From a virus: a stretch of DNA of 64,000 nt. Location of the stretch: positions 7,238 to 71,237 of IMG/VR virus record IMGVR_UViG_3300007735_000784; one strand, given 5' to 3'. Shown here one piece after another: positions 1 through 9,921 of the stretch; positions within the stretch are counted from its first letter, which is position 1; each line of letters starts with the position of its first letter. The position numbers and the translations under genes were made by a program. A model generated the notes under the pieces. That model saw only the letters and a list, made by a program, of their open reading frames with translations, did not search any database and was not told the DNA's origin.

Positions 1-150
1 AAGGCGTTGCAACTACTAATTGACACAAATAGAGATGTAGCCTCTCCAAGTGATGTATCAGTAATTATAAATTCCTTCCCAAGTATGAAGGTATATGCAG
101 TGCTACCAAGAATAGCGGATCAAGGAGAAAAAACATTTTTAAGCGAATAA
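1..150 (+). CDS. Partial CDS (C-terminus), possibly GT25-like glycosyltransferase
   Basis: Frame +1 open from window start to TAA at 148-150 (...SPSDVSVIINSFPSMKVYAVLPRIADQ...); resembles the GT25 C-terminus and sits beside other glycan genes. Confidence 0.3.
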   Translation, partial: KALQLLIDTNRDVASPSDVSVIINSFPSMKVYAVLPRIADQGEKTFLSE

Positions 151-151
151 T

Positions 152-796
152 ATGACAATAGAAGAACAATTAACCCTAGACGATGGCCATAGATTTCAGA
201 AGAAATTAGGCGAACTAATAGCTGAAAATGGCTATAAACTAATAATGGAAACAGGAAGTGGCGTTTCAAGTATTTACGCATTAAAAGCTATGGACAACGC
301 AAACATTGATGGCGTTTTATATTCCATAGACCCTGCCATGTGGTATCCCCACCCAATAGAACACCCTAAATTCGTATCTATTAAGAAGAAAAGTATTGAC
401 GCTATTATTCCATTATATTTAGAAACAGGGGCATTTGATGTATGTGTAACAGATGGGGACCATGAGATATTAGCCCAAACCTATGAATATGAAATGCTAT
501 ACCGGATGCTAAAACCTGGGGGATGGTTAATTTGTGATGATGTTGGTTGGAATAATAACGGAGCTTGGACTAATTTCTTAGACCGATACGATTTCGTAGA
601 GGAGTTTTTTGGAGATGCAAGATGTATTCATAAGCCATTAGGAGAGCCTGTACTAGGATTTGAAGTAACAGAATTTGGCAGCTCAATGGATAAGGTAGCC
701 GTTCAGAGATTTCACGATGAATGGTTAGACTATTGCACTAACTTAGAAAAAGAATGGCTAGCAGCCGGTAATCAAAAACATCCTGCCTTCCAATGA
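152..796 (+). CDS. Class I SAM-dependent methyltransferase (Methyltransf_24-like, small-molecule/glycan)
   Basis: METGSGVSS motif I, DGDH, LKPGGWLICDD. Confidence 0.75.
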   Translation: MTIEEQLTLDDGHRFQKKLGELIAENGYKLIMETGSGVSSIYALKAMDNANIDGVLYSIDPAMWYPHPIEHPKFVSIKKKSIDAIIPLYLETGAFDVCVTDGDHEILAQTYEYEMLYRMLKPGGWLICDDVGWNNNGAWTNFLDRYDFVEEFFGDARCIHKPLGEPVLGFEVTEFGSSMDKVAVQRFHDEWLDYCTNLEKEWLAAGNQKHPAFQ

Positions 797-1071
797 GAAA
801 GTACGGAGTAGAAGATAAGCCCAGATTTAGCGTTAAATGGCCTAATGGGGAGATAGAACGTTTTGGGACGTGCAATCCAGATGATCCAGATAGATCCTAT
901 ATAACACAAATACAGGATAACATCTACCTTATTAAAGTAGGTAAAACAGGCGTTGTAGAACCAATATTACTAAATGACCTAGTACAGGTAACAAATGGGT
1001 TTTATGACCACGAACATACCGGATGGATAACTCCAAAACAATTTTTAATCCAATTCAATGAAGGCACTTAA
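793..1071 (+). CDS. Hypothetical protein
   Basis: 92-aa ORF, overlaps both neighbours in operon fashion. Confidence 0.5.
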   Translation: MRKYGVEDKPRFSVKWPNGEIERFGTCNPDDPDRSYITQIQDNIYLIKVGKTGVVEPILLNDLVQVTNGFYDHEHTGWITPKQFLIQFNEGT

Positions 1072-2740
1072 ATACAGAATACTATCATTAGGGGACATCC
1101 CTGATAGCAAAGGAGGACTATATAATCCTGGTGTTTTAAAAGAATGTAATAATCGTATATTCATAGTAAGACATGAACAAGATTATAAATTCACAAACGA
1201 TGTACAGACAACGCTATTTTTAGGCAACAAAGAAGATTTAAAGCAGGGTAAATATGAGAGTTATCATGTTTTAAGAAAAAAAGGATTTCCTGAGCAATGC
1301 CGAATAGAAGATTATAGACTATTTACATACCAAGATGAGGTATATGCTAGTCATACAATGGTTGTTACCCCAAGAGGATGGAAAGAAGCCTCTGTTATAA
1401 AGCCGGTAATATCAAAAATCAACCTAAAGGATAATATTATAGAGTATTTTGACTTTATGGACCTTCCTGTGAAGATGAACCGGTTTGAAAAGAATTGGCT
1501 ATTGTGGGAGTGGAATGGTGAATTATACTGTATCTATAATATAGATCCTTTAGTAATATTTAAACTAGAAGGTTTTTCTTGGAGAATATTAAAGAATGAG
1601 GAAAATGGCATAGGTCATTATATTAAAACGCAACTTCCAGGTGCAGGTTATATTTCATTATCTGCAATAACCCAATTAAATGAAACGCAAATGTTGGCGT
1701 TTTGGCATACTATCCACGAAGGATTATATAAGCAGGGAATGTTTGTATTAGATATGCCAACACTAGACATAGTTAATCTAACCGAGCCTGTATTGCAGGG
1801 AGGAGATTTACAGGGATATAAGCCAAACTGCCTATATGTATCAGGATTAGTAATTGATAATGATAAGCTAGAAATTTGGGCAGGGGAAGCGGATGCCCAT
1901 ACCTGCATGATTGAAATGGATTTAACAGAGGTAAAAGACTTATTGGCCAAATACCCATTCCATAAAATCACCCCAACTAAATTCTTATTTAGGGACTTTG
2001 GATTAGGAGATTATATTTGTATGTCCTACGCATTACAAGGCTACGTAAATAAGTATCCGTATAAGAAGGTGAAGTTATATGTAGAAAAGCATTTTGAACT
2101 TTCCTCGGCCCTAAGAATGAAGGGAGTGCAAATACACCTATGGAACGGAGAGAAGGCAGATGTTGATTTAACATCTAACTTGGACGATAAGGAATACAAG
2201 GAGAAGCTAAAAGGCTCGTTTAAGGAATGGTATAAGGAGAAGATTGAAAAGTTCACAGGAGAAGAAGCTAACTTTAGCGTTCCAAATACAGACCACATAA
2301 AAGCCAATGACAAGTACGAAGGATATATCATAGTAGCTCCTTATGCAGCATGGGAAGATAGAACCTGGAGTATAAAGTATTGGACTTTATTAACAGAGAT
2401 ACTAACCCTAATGGGAGAAAAGGTATTGATTATAGACCCACATACAAACCGATGCGCACATTTAAAAGGAGAATTGCACTGTGAGAGATCAATCATTGAT
2501 GACTTTAGAGCAATTAAGGCAGCCAAATGTGTTATCAGTAATGAAAGTGGAATAGCTCATGCAGCAGGCTTATTAGGAACGCCAACTTTAGTGATATGCG
2601 GTGCATTGACCAAAGACGGAGATCCAAGGCCAGAGAAGATTTACGACCTCACTAAAAACGAGTGGATATACAAAAAGAAACTACAGGAAGTAACAGTAGA
2701 TGACGTTATTGATAAACTTAAACAAATGGAGATTTTATGA
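1058..2740 (+). CDS. Fusion of beta-propeller glycoside hydrolase-like domain and GT9 (heptosyltransferase-like) glycosyltransferase
   Basis: N-half YNPG, IEDYRLF, EKNW (GH130/GH43-like propeller); C-half GLGDYI, APYAAWEDRTW, ISNESGIAHAAGLLGTPTLVICG (GT9 signature). Confidence 0.65.
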   Translation: MKALKYRILSLGDIPDSKGGLYNPGVLKECNNRIFIVRHEQDYKFTNDVQTTLFLGNKEDLKQGKYESYHVLRKKGFPEQCRIEDYRLFTYQDEVYASHTMVVTPRGWKEASVIKPVISKINLKDNIIEYFDFMDLPVKMNRFEKNWLLWEWNGELYCIYNIDPLVIFKLEGFSWRILKNEENGIGHYIKTQLPGAGYISLSAITQLNETQMLAFWHTIHEGLYKQGMFVLDMPTLDIVNLTEPVLQGGDLQGYKPNCLYVSGLVIDNDKLEIWAGEADAHTCMIEMDLTEVKDLLAKYPFHKITPTKFLFRDFGLGDYICMSYALQGYVNKYPYKKVKLYVEKHFELSSALRMKGVQIHLWNGEKADVDLTSNLDDKEYKEKLKGSFKEWYKEKIEKFTGEEANFSVPNTDHIKANDKYEGYIIVAPYAAWEDRTWSIKYWTLLTEILTLMGEKVLIIDPHTNRCAHLKGELHCERSIIDDFRAIKAAKCVISNESGIAHAAGLLGTPTLVICGALTKDGDPRPEKIYDLTKNEWIYKKKLQEVTVDDVIDKLKQMEIL

Positions 2741-3345
2741 GAAGTTATGATGAAATAAAGAAGCAAGTAATGAGTAAAGGATATACATGGTTTTCAAAGC
2801 CACTATCCCTTAACTTTATCTGGGAGAGAACAAGCTATAAAGCTACAAATATTTTTGATGATTGGCTCCATGTATGTTATTTAGATGATAAGGGAGATAA
2901 GAAAGTAGTATCCCTTCATGCTACTACAAAGCCAGGATTAAAAGGATCATTGTTAGAACCGGTAATTGTAGAAGGAATAAGAGGAACCGCTATTATCGAA
3001 GCAGGACAATACCGAGAAGCATGGCAATTTAGGGATACCGATAAGGAGTTTTCAAAATGCCCATATTTTAGGCAGATTGGGAAACTTAACTATTATAGGG
3101 ACGGAAATAAGGATAGGATAATTGACAAGGTAAATAGGCAGGTAGCTAAGTTATTTGGCACCCATTGGCATAGAATGAGTAATAACAATACGTATGGATC
3201 TGGGCAGGTTAATAATTGGTCGCTAGGATGTCTTGGAGTTCCGCATCCTGAGTGGGTATTATTATTCCCTATAGTGAGAGAATCGGTTGAAAGATATGGT
3301 GATAAATTTACAGGAACGATTATAGATGATTTTCCCCAAGCGTAA
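2737..3345 (+). CDS. Putative endolysin / L,D-transpeptidase-like cell-wall enzyme
   Basis: ATTKPG, YRDGNKD, GTHWHR and NWSLGC (His...Cys) motifs typical of Bacteroidota-phage lysins. Confidence 0.55.
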   Translation: MRSYDEIKKQVMSKGYTWFSKPLSLNFIWERTSYKATNIFDDWLHVCYLDDKGDKKVVSLHATTKPGLKGSLLEPVIVEGIRGTAIIEAGQYREAWQFRDTDKEFSKCPYFRQIGKLNYYRDGNKDRIIDKVNRQVAKLFGTHWHRMSNNNTYGSGQVNNWSLGCLGVPHPEWVLLFPIVRESVERYGDKFTGTIIDDFPQA

Positions 3346-4270
3346 TTTAATAACAACCTCTAGAAGGGAAGTAGGAGAGTATATCAAGATGCACGCAGAA
3401 TCTAGTTATGCTAGAGCCGCTATGTGGGCATTTTTTAACTGGCTATCCCAAAGAAGATTGGATAAGAATTACGAATTAGAAATGGAGTTGTTCAGCTATT
3501 TTGAGATCCAAAACCTGCATAGTAATAAAGTACCAAAATTAGCAGCCGAAAGATTAGAACGCCTATTTAAGCGTAAGAAAAAAACGATGTATGATAGGGT
3601 GTTTAGGTGGAGGACCGTTAATCAGATGATGAAGAAGATTGAGATACCTGATTCACATGGATTAGAGTGTAGAGCTACAAATGGCGTTTTAATTGCAGGA
3701 GATAAAATATATAATGGCACCTCACAATCACTATGGGATATAGCTAAATTCTTAGATGTAGAAAATAGTCCTAGGTACAAGGCGATAATCCAAAATGAAA
3801 AACTATCAGTATGTATGGATAGATACTATGCTGCTGACTTTGCAAGACTATGTAAGGCGTATATACCCCTCTATTGGTGGACACCACCGGCACTGTTAAA
3901 ACTCCTATCACATGGAGTAGTCAAACCAATAGTAGGGGATACGCTTTATAAGATGTCAACAAATGATATAGTTCATTGGTTTATGGAATACTCCCATTTT
4001 TTTGGATGGAGCAGGGTATATGACACAAAGGAAGCACAGAAATTAGCAGGTAAGGGAAAATTTGTGGTAATGATGTCATACAGAAAATATCAAAGGGGAA
4101 GAATAACAGTAGTGATGAATAATGCAGGTGGACATCCAAAAGCAACGGAGGCACATATACCATTGCAAAGTTACGCATGGCAAAAGAATAAAAAGAGTGA
4201 TAGATTAGAATGGTGGACAAGCAGATCTATGAAGTATTCTAGCTTGGCAATATACGTACATAACGCATGA
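3326..4270 (+). CDS. Hypothetical protein with C-terminal CHAP/papain-like amidase-related domain (possibly degenerate)
   Basis: SPRY, YAADF..L..AYIP..WW, N....WF....FGW, PLQS motifs. Confidence 0.35.
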   Translation: MIFPKRNLITTSRREVGEYIKMHAESSYARAAMWAFFNWLSQRRLDKNYELEMELFSYFEIQNLHSNKVPKLAAERLERLFKRKKKTMYDRVFRWRTVNQMMKKIEIPDSHGLECRATNGVLIAGDKIYNGTSQSLWDIAKFLDVENSPRYKAIIQNEKLSVCMDRYYAADFARLCKAYIPLYWWTPPALLKLLSHGVVKPIVGDTLYKMSTNDIVHWFMEYSHFFGWSRVYDTKEAQKLAGKGKFVVMMSYRKYQRGRITVVMNNAGGHPKATEAHIPLQSYAWQKNKKSDRLEWWTSRSMKYSSLAIYVHNA

Positions 4271-4659
4271 ATTATCAGGATTATAAGATATTGATAGATA
4301 ACCTTAATAAAGGTAGTAAAAACGCCAAAGTTAGCGTTCCAGCTACAAAAGGAGGAGATAAGGCTAAAACTCAAATGGAGTTTGTGATAAAATCAATGTT
4401 TCCTGATTATGTAACTGAGTTTAAATTCTTGGACAATAGGAAGTTTAAATTTGACTTTTACATCCCATCAGCAAGAACAGGAATAGAATACGATGGAATG
4501 TTCTCAGCTAAGAGCCGGCACCTAACAGTAACGGGATTTAGCAAAGACTGTGAAAAAACAAACCTAGCCCAATTAAACGGGTATAAGGTATTACGATATA
4601 CACAATTAACATATAGTGATTTGCAAAAAGATTTAGAATTATTAAAAAGTAAATTATGA
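4267..4659 (+). CDS. PD-(D/E)xK endonuclease (DUF559/Vsr-like)
   Basis: EFKF..RKFKFDF, GIEYDG, H, D.EK.N.AQL.GYKVLR. Confidence 0.7.
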   Translation: MNYQDYKILIDNLNKGSKNAKVSVPATKGGDKAKTQMEFVIKSMFPDYVTEFKFLDNRKFKFDFYIPSARTGIEYDGMFSAKSRHLTVTGFSKDCEKTNLAQLNGYKVLRYTQLTYSDLQKDLELLKSKL

Positions 4660-4868
4660 GCAGGAAGAAACAGGTAATGAGCCAAAGCGATAAGATTGTT
4701 GGCGGTAAAATTACAAAGAAAGTGGAGGCATACATTGAGGAGGTATCAAGTAAGCCTAAATTTGCAAAATTATTAAAGGTATCCAGAGGCACTTTAAACA
4801 CTAGGTTAGAGAAGCATAACTGGACGGAAACTGAAAAATATTTACTCAGAGAACGAAACATTATTTGA
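4656..4868 (+). CDS. Small HTH DNA-binding protein
   Basis: KPKFAKLLKVSRGTLNTRL helix-turn-helix pattern. Confidence 0.55.
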   Translation: MSRKKQVMSQSDKIVGGKITKKVEAYIEEVSSKPKFAKLLKVSRGTLNTRLEKHNWTETEKYLLRERNII

Positions 4869-4895
4869 ACAATATCAGTTTAATTAATATCTTTG
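4864..4895 (+). promoter_or_regulatory. Bacteroidota sigma-A promoter (-33 TTTG / -7 TATCTTTG)
   Basis: TTTG 4864-4867, 20-nt spacer, TATCTTTG 4888-4895, ATG at 4908. Confidence 0.7.
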
Positions 4896-4907
4896 TAAAA
4901 AACATAT

Positions 4908-5573
4908 ATGACATACACATTTAAGAAGGGAAATCACTATCCTAATTTATTTCAGAGGATACTTAACTTTGGCGTTTTTACATCAAAGAAACACATCTGG
5001 TCATTCAAAATACCAAAAGAAACATGGTATAAGATACCAAGTAATCCTGATGGATATGATACCAATAAACTATTTGGGATAACTGGATTGCTGAGTAAGA
5101 AGAAGTCAATAAGAATATCCTGGCTACCTGATAAGAAAGAAGGCCATTTTAACATCTTTGCTTATTTCTACATAGATGGTAAACCAACCAATAAGTATAT
5201 GTTTACTTGTGAGGGGGGAAAGGCTTATGAAATAGAGTATAAGCGCAAATCATGGGTAGGAACAGAAGTATTGAGTGTATCCGTAAATTGGGCAGATCAG
5301 CCCTATGAAACTATTATCGCAAATTATCCTAAAATAGGATGGTACCATCAGCCTTATCATGGAGGAGATTTAACAGCCCCACAAGATTATGAGCTATATG
5401 TAAGCCGGAAACGCAAACTTTCGCCAATAATTAAATGGATTGTGATGATTCTTATTTTGGGTTTACTAATAAACTATACAGACTCAATCGTATTTAAGGT
5501 TATGCTGCTAGTAATAATGGCGTTTCTATTCATGCTTGTAATCTATTCATTTATAAACCTGAGAAAGAAGTAA
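4908..5573 (+). CDS. Hypothetical protein, beta-sandwich-like domain plus two C-terminal TM helices
   Basis: Hydrophobic C-terminal segments WIVMILILGLLI and VMLLVIMAFLFMLVIYSFI. Confidence 0.5.
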   Translation: MTYTFKKGNHYPNLFQRILNFGVFTSKKHIWSFKIPKETWYKIPSNPDGYDTNKLFGITGLLSKKKSIRISWLPDKKEGHFNIFAYFYIDGKPTNKYMFTCEGGKAYEIEYKRKSWVGTEVLSVSVNWADQPYETIIANYPKIGWYHQPYHGGDLTAPQDYELYVSRKRKLSPIIKWIVMILILGLLINYTDSIVFKVMLLVIMAFLFMLVIYSFINLRKK

Positions 5574-5574
5574 T

Positions 5575-6573
5575 ATGATGAAATTCCACGAAGTAATACC
5601 AAACACAGAGGAGTGGCACGAATTTAGAAAGACAGGGATAGGGGCATCTGAGGCTGCAACTGTTTGTGGAATTAATGAATATGACAGTGCTGTAAGGCTA
5701 TTCCATGAGAAGGTGGGAACTCAAAAATCAACCTTCATGGGAAACGAAAGAACATTCTGGGGATCATACATGGAACCGCTAATTTTAGATATGTGGCAAT
5801 ATTGGGATGGTAAAGATTTCATCACTAACTACAATCTAAAGAACGTAGTAAGGACGCATAAGATACCAAACGGAGTATATACCAACACAGACTACCCTTG
5901 GCTATTTTACACCCCAGATGCCATAATTAATGCCGGGCAATTAGATTTATATGGAAATCCATTAGACAAAGATTGTCCTTTAGAGTGTAAGTGTATAGAT
6001 AAATTAGCCTATCAGAATTACGGAGGATTGCCTAGACGTTATCTATACCAAATTCACCATGAAATGATAGTAATGGATGTGCAGTATGCAGAGTTTGTAT
6101 ATCATGTAGGAGGTAATGAATTTAAGGTGCAGGCAATAGAGATGGATATGGATATTGCCAACGAGATACTTGAAAAGACTTATTTATTTTGGTATAAGAG
6201 AGTACAAGCGGCCAAAGACCAACCTATTGAAATAGTGCAGCAATTAGAGCCGGAGCCGGATGGAACAGAATCTTATACCGACTTCCAAAAAGAACGTTTC
6301 CAAAAAAGGAACGAGAAGATAATGGGATCGGCTGAGATGTATAACAGGTTGGTCCAGCGTGAATATCTATTAGGCTATATTAGCTTATTAGATGAGCAAG
6401 CTACTAAAATTAAGAACGAAGTATTACAATTACACGTACACGAAGGGGTATATAAAATTGATTGGGGAATTAGAGGTAAAAGCACCAAAACCTCCAGACA
6501 CGTTATATCTCTTAAAAATAAACCAAAAAAAGAGTTACTAATTAAAAATCTATTGGAGTTAAAACTATGGTAG
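5575..6573 (+). CDS. YqaJ-like viral recombinase (lambda-exonuclease family)
   Basis: EWHEFRKTGIGASE, WG..MEP, TPDA, LECK, YLYQI. Confidence 0.85.
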   Translation: MMKFHEVIPNTEEWHEFRKTGIGASEAATVCGINEYDSAVRLFHEKVGTQKSTFMGNERTFWGSYMEPLILDMWQYWDGKDFITNYNLKNVVRTHKIPNGVYTNTDYPWLFYTPDAIINAGQLDLYGNPLDKDCPLECKCIDKLAYQNYGGLPRRYLYQIHHEMIVMDVQYAEFVYHVGGNEFKVQAIEMDMDIANEILEKTYLFWYKRVQAAKDQPIEIVQQLEPEPDGTESYTDFQKERFQKRNEKIMGSAEMYNRLVQREYLLGYISLLDEQATKIKNEVLQLHVHEGVYKIDWGIRGKSTKTSRHVISLKNKPKKELLIKNLLELKLW

Positions 6574-6914
6574 CACAAAGAGCAGATCTTCCAGTATCAG
6601 AGATTCCTATTTACAAAATAGATAGGCTAAAGCAGGCTTATTATAATACAACTTCTATGGGACATATAAATAACATAGGATATTCTATGGGCCTTAGTAA
6701 AAAGGAAATAGATGATATTATAGCTGTTAAGTTTACCAAGGCAAGGAAGCCAATCAAAATTTCAACAGAAGATTTTAAAAGAGATGTGCCTGTAGAGGAT
6801 AGATGCCCAACTAAAATATGGCAAGAGTGGGATAAAACGCTAACTTTAAATCAAGTTAAACGGGGCGTTTGGAAAGATAATCATGTAATAGGCAATGTAA
6901 TATGCGAGTTCTAA
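6567..6914 (+). CDS. Hypothetical protein
   Basis: 115-aa ORF in operon. Confidence 0.5.
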   Translation: MVAQRADLPVSEIPIYKIDRLKQAYYNTTSMGHINNIGYSMGLSKKEIDDIIAVKFTKARKPIKISTEDFKRDVPVEDRCPTKIWQEWDKTLTLNQVKRGVWKDNHVIGNVICEF

Positions 6915-7231
6915 ACGAATTTGGAATAGAAATAGAATTAGAATCAGGAGATTTGTTCTATAAAGTAGATAAGGAAACGTTCTTAATCTATAATGAGGTG
7001 CTAACTAATTTTTTTGAGGCAGATGATAAGTTTGTATATTATGCCACAGAATTAGCAGCTAAGAACTATGTCTATTGGAATAAGCCCGTTTACAGCAGAT
7101 TAATCACTAACCTTAGCGTTTCAGTATTCAATTTAGAAAATACCAACTGTACAGCTTGTTTAGGATGTGGGGTATCGGTATGTAATGGATTCTGCTTATG
7201 TGAAAAATGCAATCAAACAGTAAATAATTAA
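6902..7231 (+). CDS. Hypothetical protein with C-terminal Cys-rich Zn ribbon
   Basis: CTACLGCG...CEKC. Confidence 0.5.
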   Translation: MRVLNEFGIEIELESGDLFYKVDKETFLIYNEVLTNFFEADDKFVYYATELAAKNYVYWNKPVYSRLITNLSVSVFNLENTNCTACLGCGVSVCNGFCLCEKCNQTVNN

Positions 7232-7241
7232 ACACGAATAT

Positions 7242-7973
7242 ATGGCAAGAGAAACAACAAGTACAGGATCAGGAAAGCACTTCTACGTGAAGGCTAAGAA
7301 CCTAAAACCAGGCATTGATGCCTACCCAACCCTTGAATTACAACAGAAGAACCCATCAACGGGTGCCTATGAAGTAGTCCAAGAAGTAACGGCACTATCA
7401 GGATGGATAACATCCATTGAGAAGGTAGATAAGCCTAAATCTGACAAGCACAAGCGTATCAGGGGAGTTAAATTCACCATGACCGACCCAAAGACAAGCG
7501 AGAACTATCACTTTGACCTCACCTATTCCAACCCCGTAAGAGAGCTGTTAAACAGAATGGCCGGACTAGGATCATTTGAAGATGAGCTAAGGATAGCGTT
7601 TTACCGAGGAGATAAGGGATACGCAGGAGCATCATTAAAAAAGACCTCATTAGGACAATCTACAAAGGTGGAAATTAAGTACAGCTACAAAGAGCATATT
7701 GAGCCTAGAATCAAAAAGGTGGTGCTTAATGGAGAAACGCAATCCGACTATGAGAAGGTGGATGAGTTTTTTGACAGCCTTATAGAGAAGGTTCTAGTGG
7801 CTTATAAAACGCAAAGGTTAGATGGAACTTATATTCCTGCATCACAGGGAGAAAGTGAGTTTACACCCGACACTGAGCCGGCTGTACCATTGTATGAGAG
7901 ATACGATAGTGATGGTACTAAAAAGCCAGAAGTATTTAATAATAACGATGATACAATGGGGCTTCCATTTTAA
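7242..7973 (+). CDS. Putative single-stranded DNA-binding protein
   Basis: Acidic tail ending DDTMGLPF; lies between exonuclease and ERF genes. Confidence 0.5.
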   Translation: MARETTSTGSGKHFYVKAKNLKPGIDAYPTLELQQKNPSTGAYEVVQEVTALSGWITSIEKVDKPKSDKHKRIRGVKFTMTDPKTSENYHFDLTYSNPVRELLNRMAGLGSFEDELRIAFYRGDKGYAGASLKKTSLGQSTKVEIKYSYKEHIEPRIKKVVLNGETQSDYEKVDEFFDSLIEKVLVAYKTQRLDGTYIPASQGESEFTPDTEPAVPLYERYDSDGTKKPEVFNNNDDTMGLPF

Positions 7974-7975
7974 GC

Positions 7976-9196
7976 ATGAGCATATACAAGAAACTAGCTG
8001 AGATTCGCAAGGCGTTACCTCAGTTCACCAAGGATCAGCAGATTAATGGTGTTAAATTTATCGGAGATGAGCAGCTAAAAAATGCGCTTTTGCCGCTATT
8101 AAATGAGCATAGGGTATTGGTTATACCCCATGCCTCAGCAGATAGAGATACCTTTGATTTAACGCTAGAATTTGTTGACTTGGATTCGGGAGATAAGATA
8201 CAATCAAATATGGTATTCCCTATACATGAAAGGGACTATCAATTTGGGGGTACCATCACATTAACTTACAAATATATCCTGTTAATATTATTTAACGTTA
8301 ATACTGGTGAGGAAAATAGCCTACATAAGGCGATTAATGGGTATAAAGCTCTTGAAACGCCAAAGTTATGTGATATTGTAAAGCAGGAAATAAAGGACAA
8401 AACACCTGATTATGACCTTAGTTATGATTCTATAAAGGCATTAGAGGATGAAAAGCCCACAATAAAGGAAAGTCCAGATTTTCAATTAAAAGAAGAACCT
8501 AAAGTTAGCGTTTCAGAAAATACCTTCGGAGCATTATTCACAGAGGAGAAAGAGATCCCTACATTGCCATCCATACTAGAAACAGTAGAGGAAGATAATA
8601 TAGAGATACCGGAAGTAGAAATCCCAGAAACAGCAGCCGCACCTATCATTAAGCCTAATTCAAGCAATCTTGATGTTAAATATCAAGCCCTAGAGAATAG
8701 AATCTTTGATGATCCAATTTTAAACGACCTACCATGCCATCCCAAGTACATATTTGAGATGCAGAAGGGAAAGAGAAGGACAAATAAGACCTATAGGGAG
8801 CTAATAATAGCGTTTCTAACAGGAGGAGAGCCAGAATTTAGAGCCATGCTCATCCAGAAGTACCAATTAACACCGGAGGACGTAATAGACTATGCAAATA
8901 GGACAATCGCCACTAGAGAGTTAATACCAGAGGTGTTACAGAACAATAAGAAAGGTGTTGAAATAGACATCCCAAATAAAACCCCAAGAGAAACATCACA
9001 GTATTTTAAGATTGTGGAAGGGCTGCAACAATTAGAAATATCTGAAACGCAAATTTTAGATGCCATACATTTATTGCAGGATACCGGTAAAATGGAGGAT
9101 AAATATAGGTTTGAGAATAAAGTTCACGTACCTACATTTTTAGTAAATGCTACTAAATCTGAAATTTTATTGGTATTAAATGAAACAAAACGCTAA
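7976..9196 (+). CDS. ERF-family ssDNA annealing protein with long C-terminal extension
   Basis: MSIYKKLAEIRK start; GGTITLTYKYILLILFNVNTGEE resembles the ERF G-S-x-x-T-Y motif. Confidence 0.6.
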   Translation: MSIYKKLAEIRKALPQFTKDQQINGVKFIGDEQLKNALLPLLNEHRVLVIPHASADRDTFDLTLEFVDLDSGDKIQSNMVFPIHERDYQFGGTITLTYKYILLILFNVNTGEENSLHKAINGYKALETPKLCDIVKQEIKDKTPDYDLSYDSIKALEDEKPTIKESPDFQLKEEPKVSVSENTFGALFTEEKEIPTLPSILETVEEDNIEIPEVEIPETAAAPIIKPNSSNLDVKYQALENRIFDDPILNDLPCHPKYIFEMQKGKRRTNKTYRELIIAFLTGGEPEFRAMLIQKYQLTPEDVIDYANRTIATRELIPEVLQNNKKGVEIDIPNKTPRETSQYFKIVEGLQQLEISETQILDAIHLLQDTGKMEDKYRFENKVHVPTFLVNATKSEILLVLNETKR

Positions 9197-9237
9197 AGTT
9201 AGCGTTATAATTAGTGGTTATTAATAAGTGGTTATGA

Positions 9238-9279
9238 TTCCCCTTCATAAAGAAATTTTTGGAGGGGTTTCTTTTTTTG
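9238..9279 (+). terminator. Rho-independent terminator
   Basis: CCCCTTCA...TGGAGGGG stem followed by T-run. Confidence 0.6.
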
Positions 9280-9287
9280 TATATTTG
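9258..9287 (+). promoter_or_regulatory. Bacteroidota sigma-A promoter
   Basis: TTTG 9258-9261, TATATTTG 9280-9287, ATG 9304. Confidence 0.6.
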
Positions 9288-9303
9288 AGCAAAATATTTT
9301 ATT

Positions 9304-9921
9304 ATGCCTCAATTAAATGCTTCAAATGGAAAATGCGCATTAGCAACACAAGTAGCTGCTGTTGGTGCCGTATCAGTTTTTACAGTAGCTACATACCAAT
9401 TTTACAGAGTTATAGTAAATGCGACAAATGGCTATGTTAAACTACAATTAAGAGCAGGAAATAATGGCATCTATCAAGGCGAGTTTAAGACATTTGTAAC
9501 TCCTTATAATACAAGTGCTGCTATTACCGCAACTGCATTAGCAGCCTTAATCACTGCCGACACATCACTTGTAAATATAACCATTACTGACTTGTCAAAT
9601 GGCACCTTTACTATTGAATCTGATACCCCGTCTAATGGGGTTCAAGTTAAAGGAGAATTTGGATGTGAGGTTAAGAGGGATAGAGAGGCCTTTAACCTAC
9701 AAACCTACGAAGGAGATGCTTATTTTTTAGCTAAAGTTAGCGGTGGTAATATAAGATATACAGAAAACCCTATTTTAGGATTATCCCCTACTACATCGGT
9801 AGGAATCTTAATTGAGAATGGTGGTTGGTTTGATATTATAGGTAAAAATAACATTTTAAAATCTGCATTTATAGAGGAAACGGCTGATGCTGTAATTGAT
9901 TACCAAATATATATTGCATGA
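9304..9921 (+). CDS. Putative virion structural protein
   Basis: Ala/Thr-rich beta-type sequence heading the fibre/lysis operon. Confidence 0.4.
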   Translation: MPQLNASNGKCALATQVAAVGAVSVFTVATYQFYRVIVNATNGYVKLQLRAGNNGIYQGEFKTFVTPYNTSAAITATALAALITADTSLVNITITDLSNGTFTIESDTPSNGVQVKGEFGCEVKRDREAFNLQTYEGDAYFLAKVSGGNIRYTENPILGLSPTTSVGILIENGGWFDIIGKNNILKSAFIEETADAVIDYQIYIA

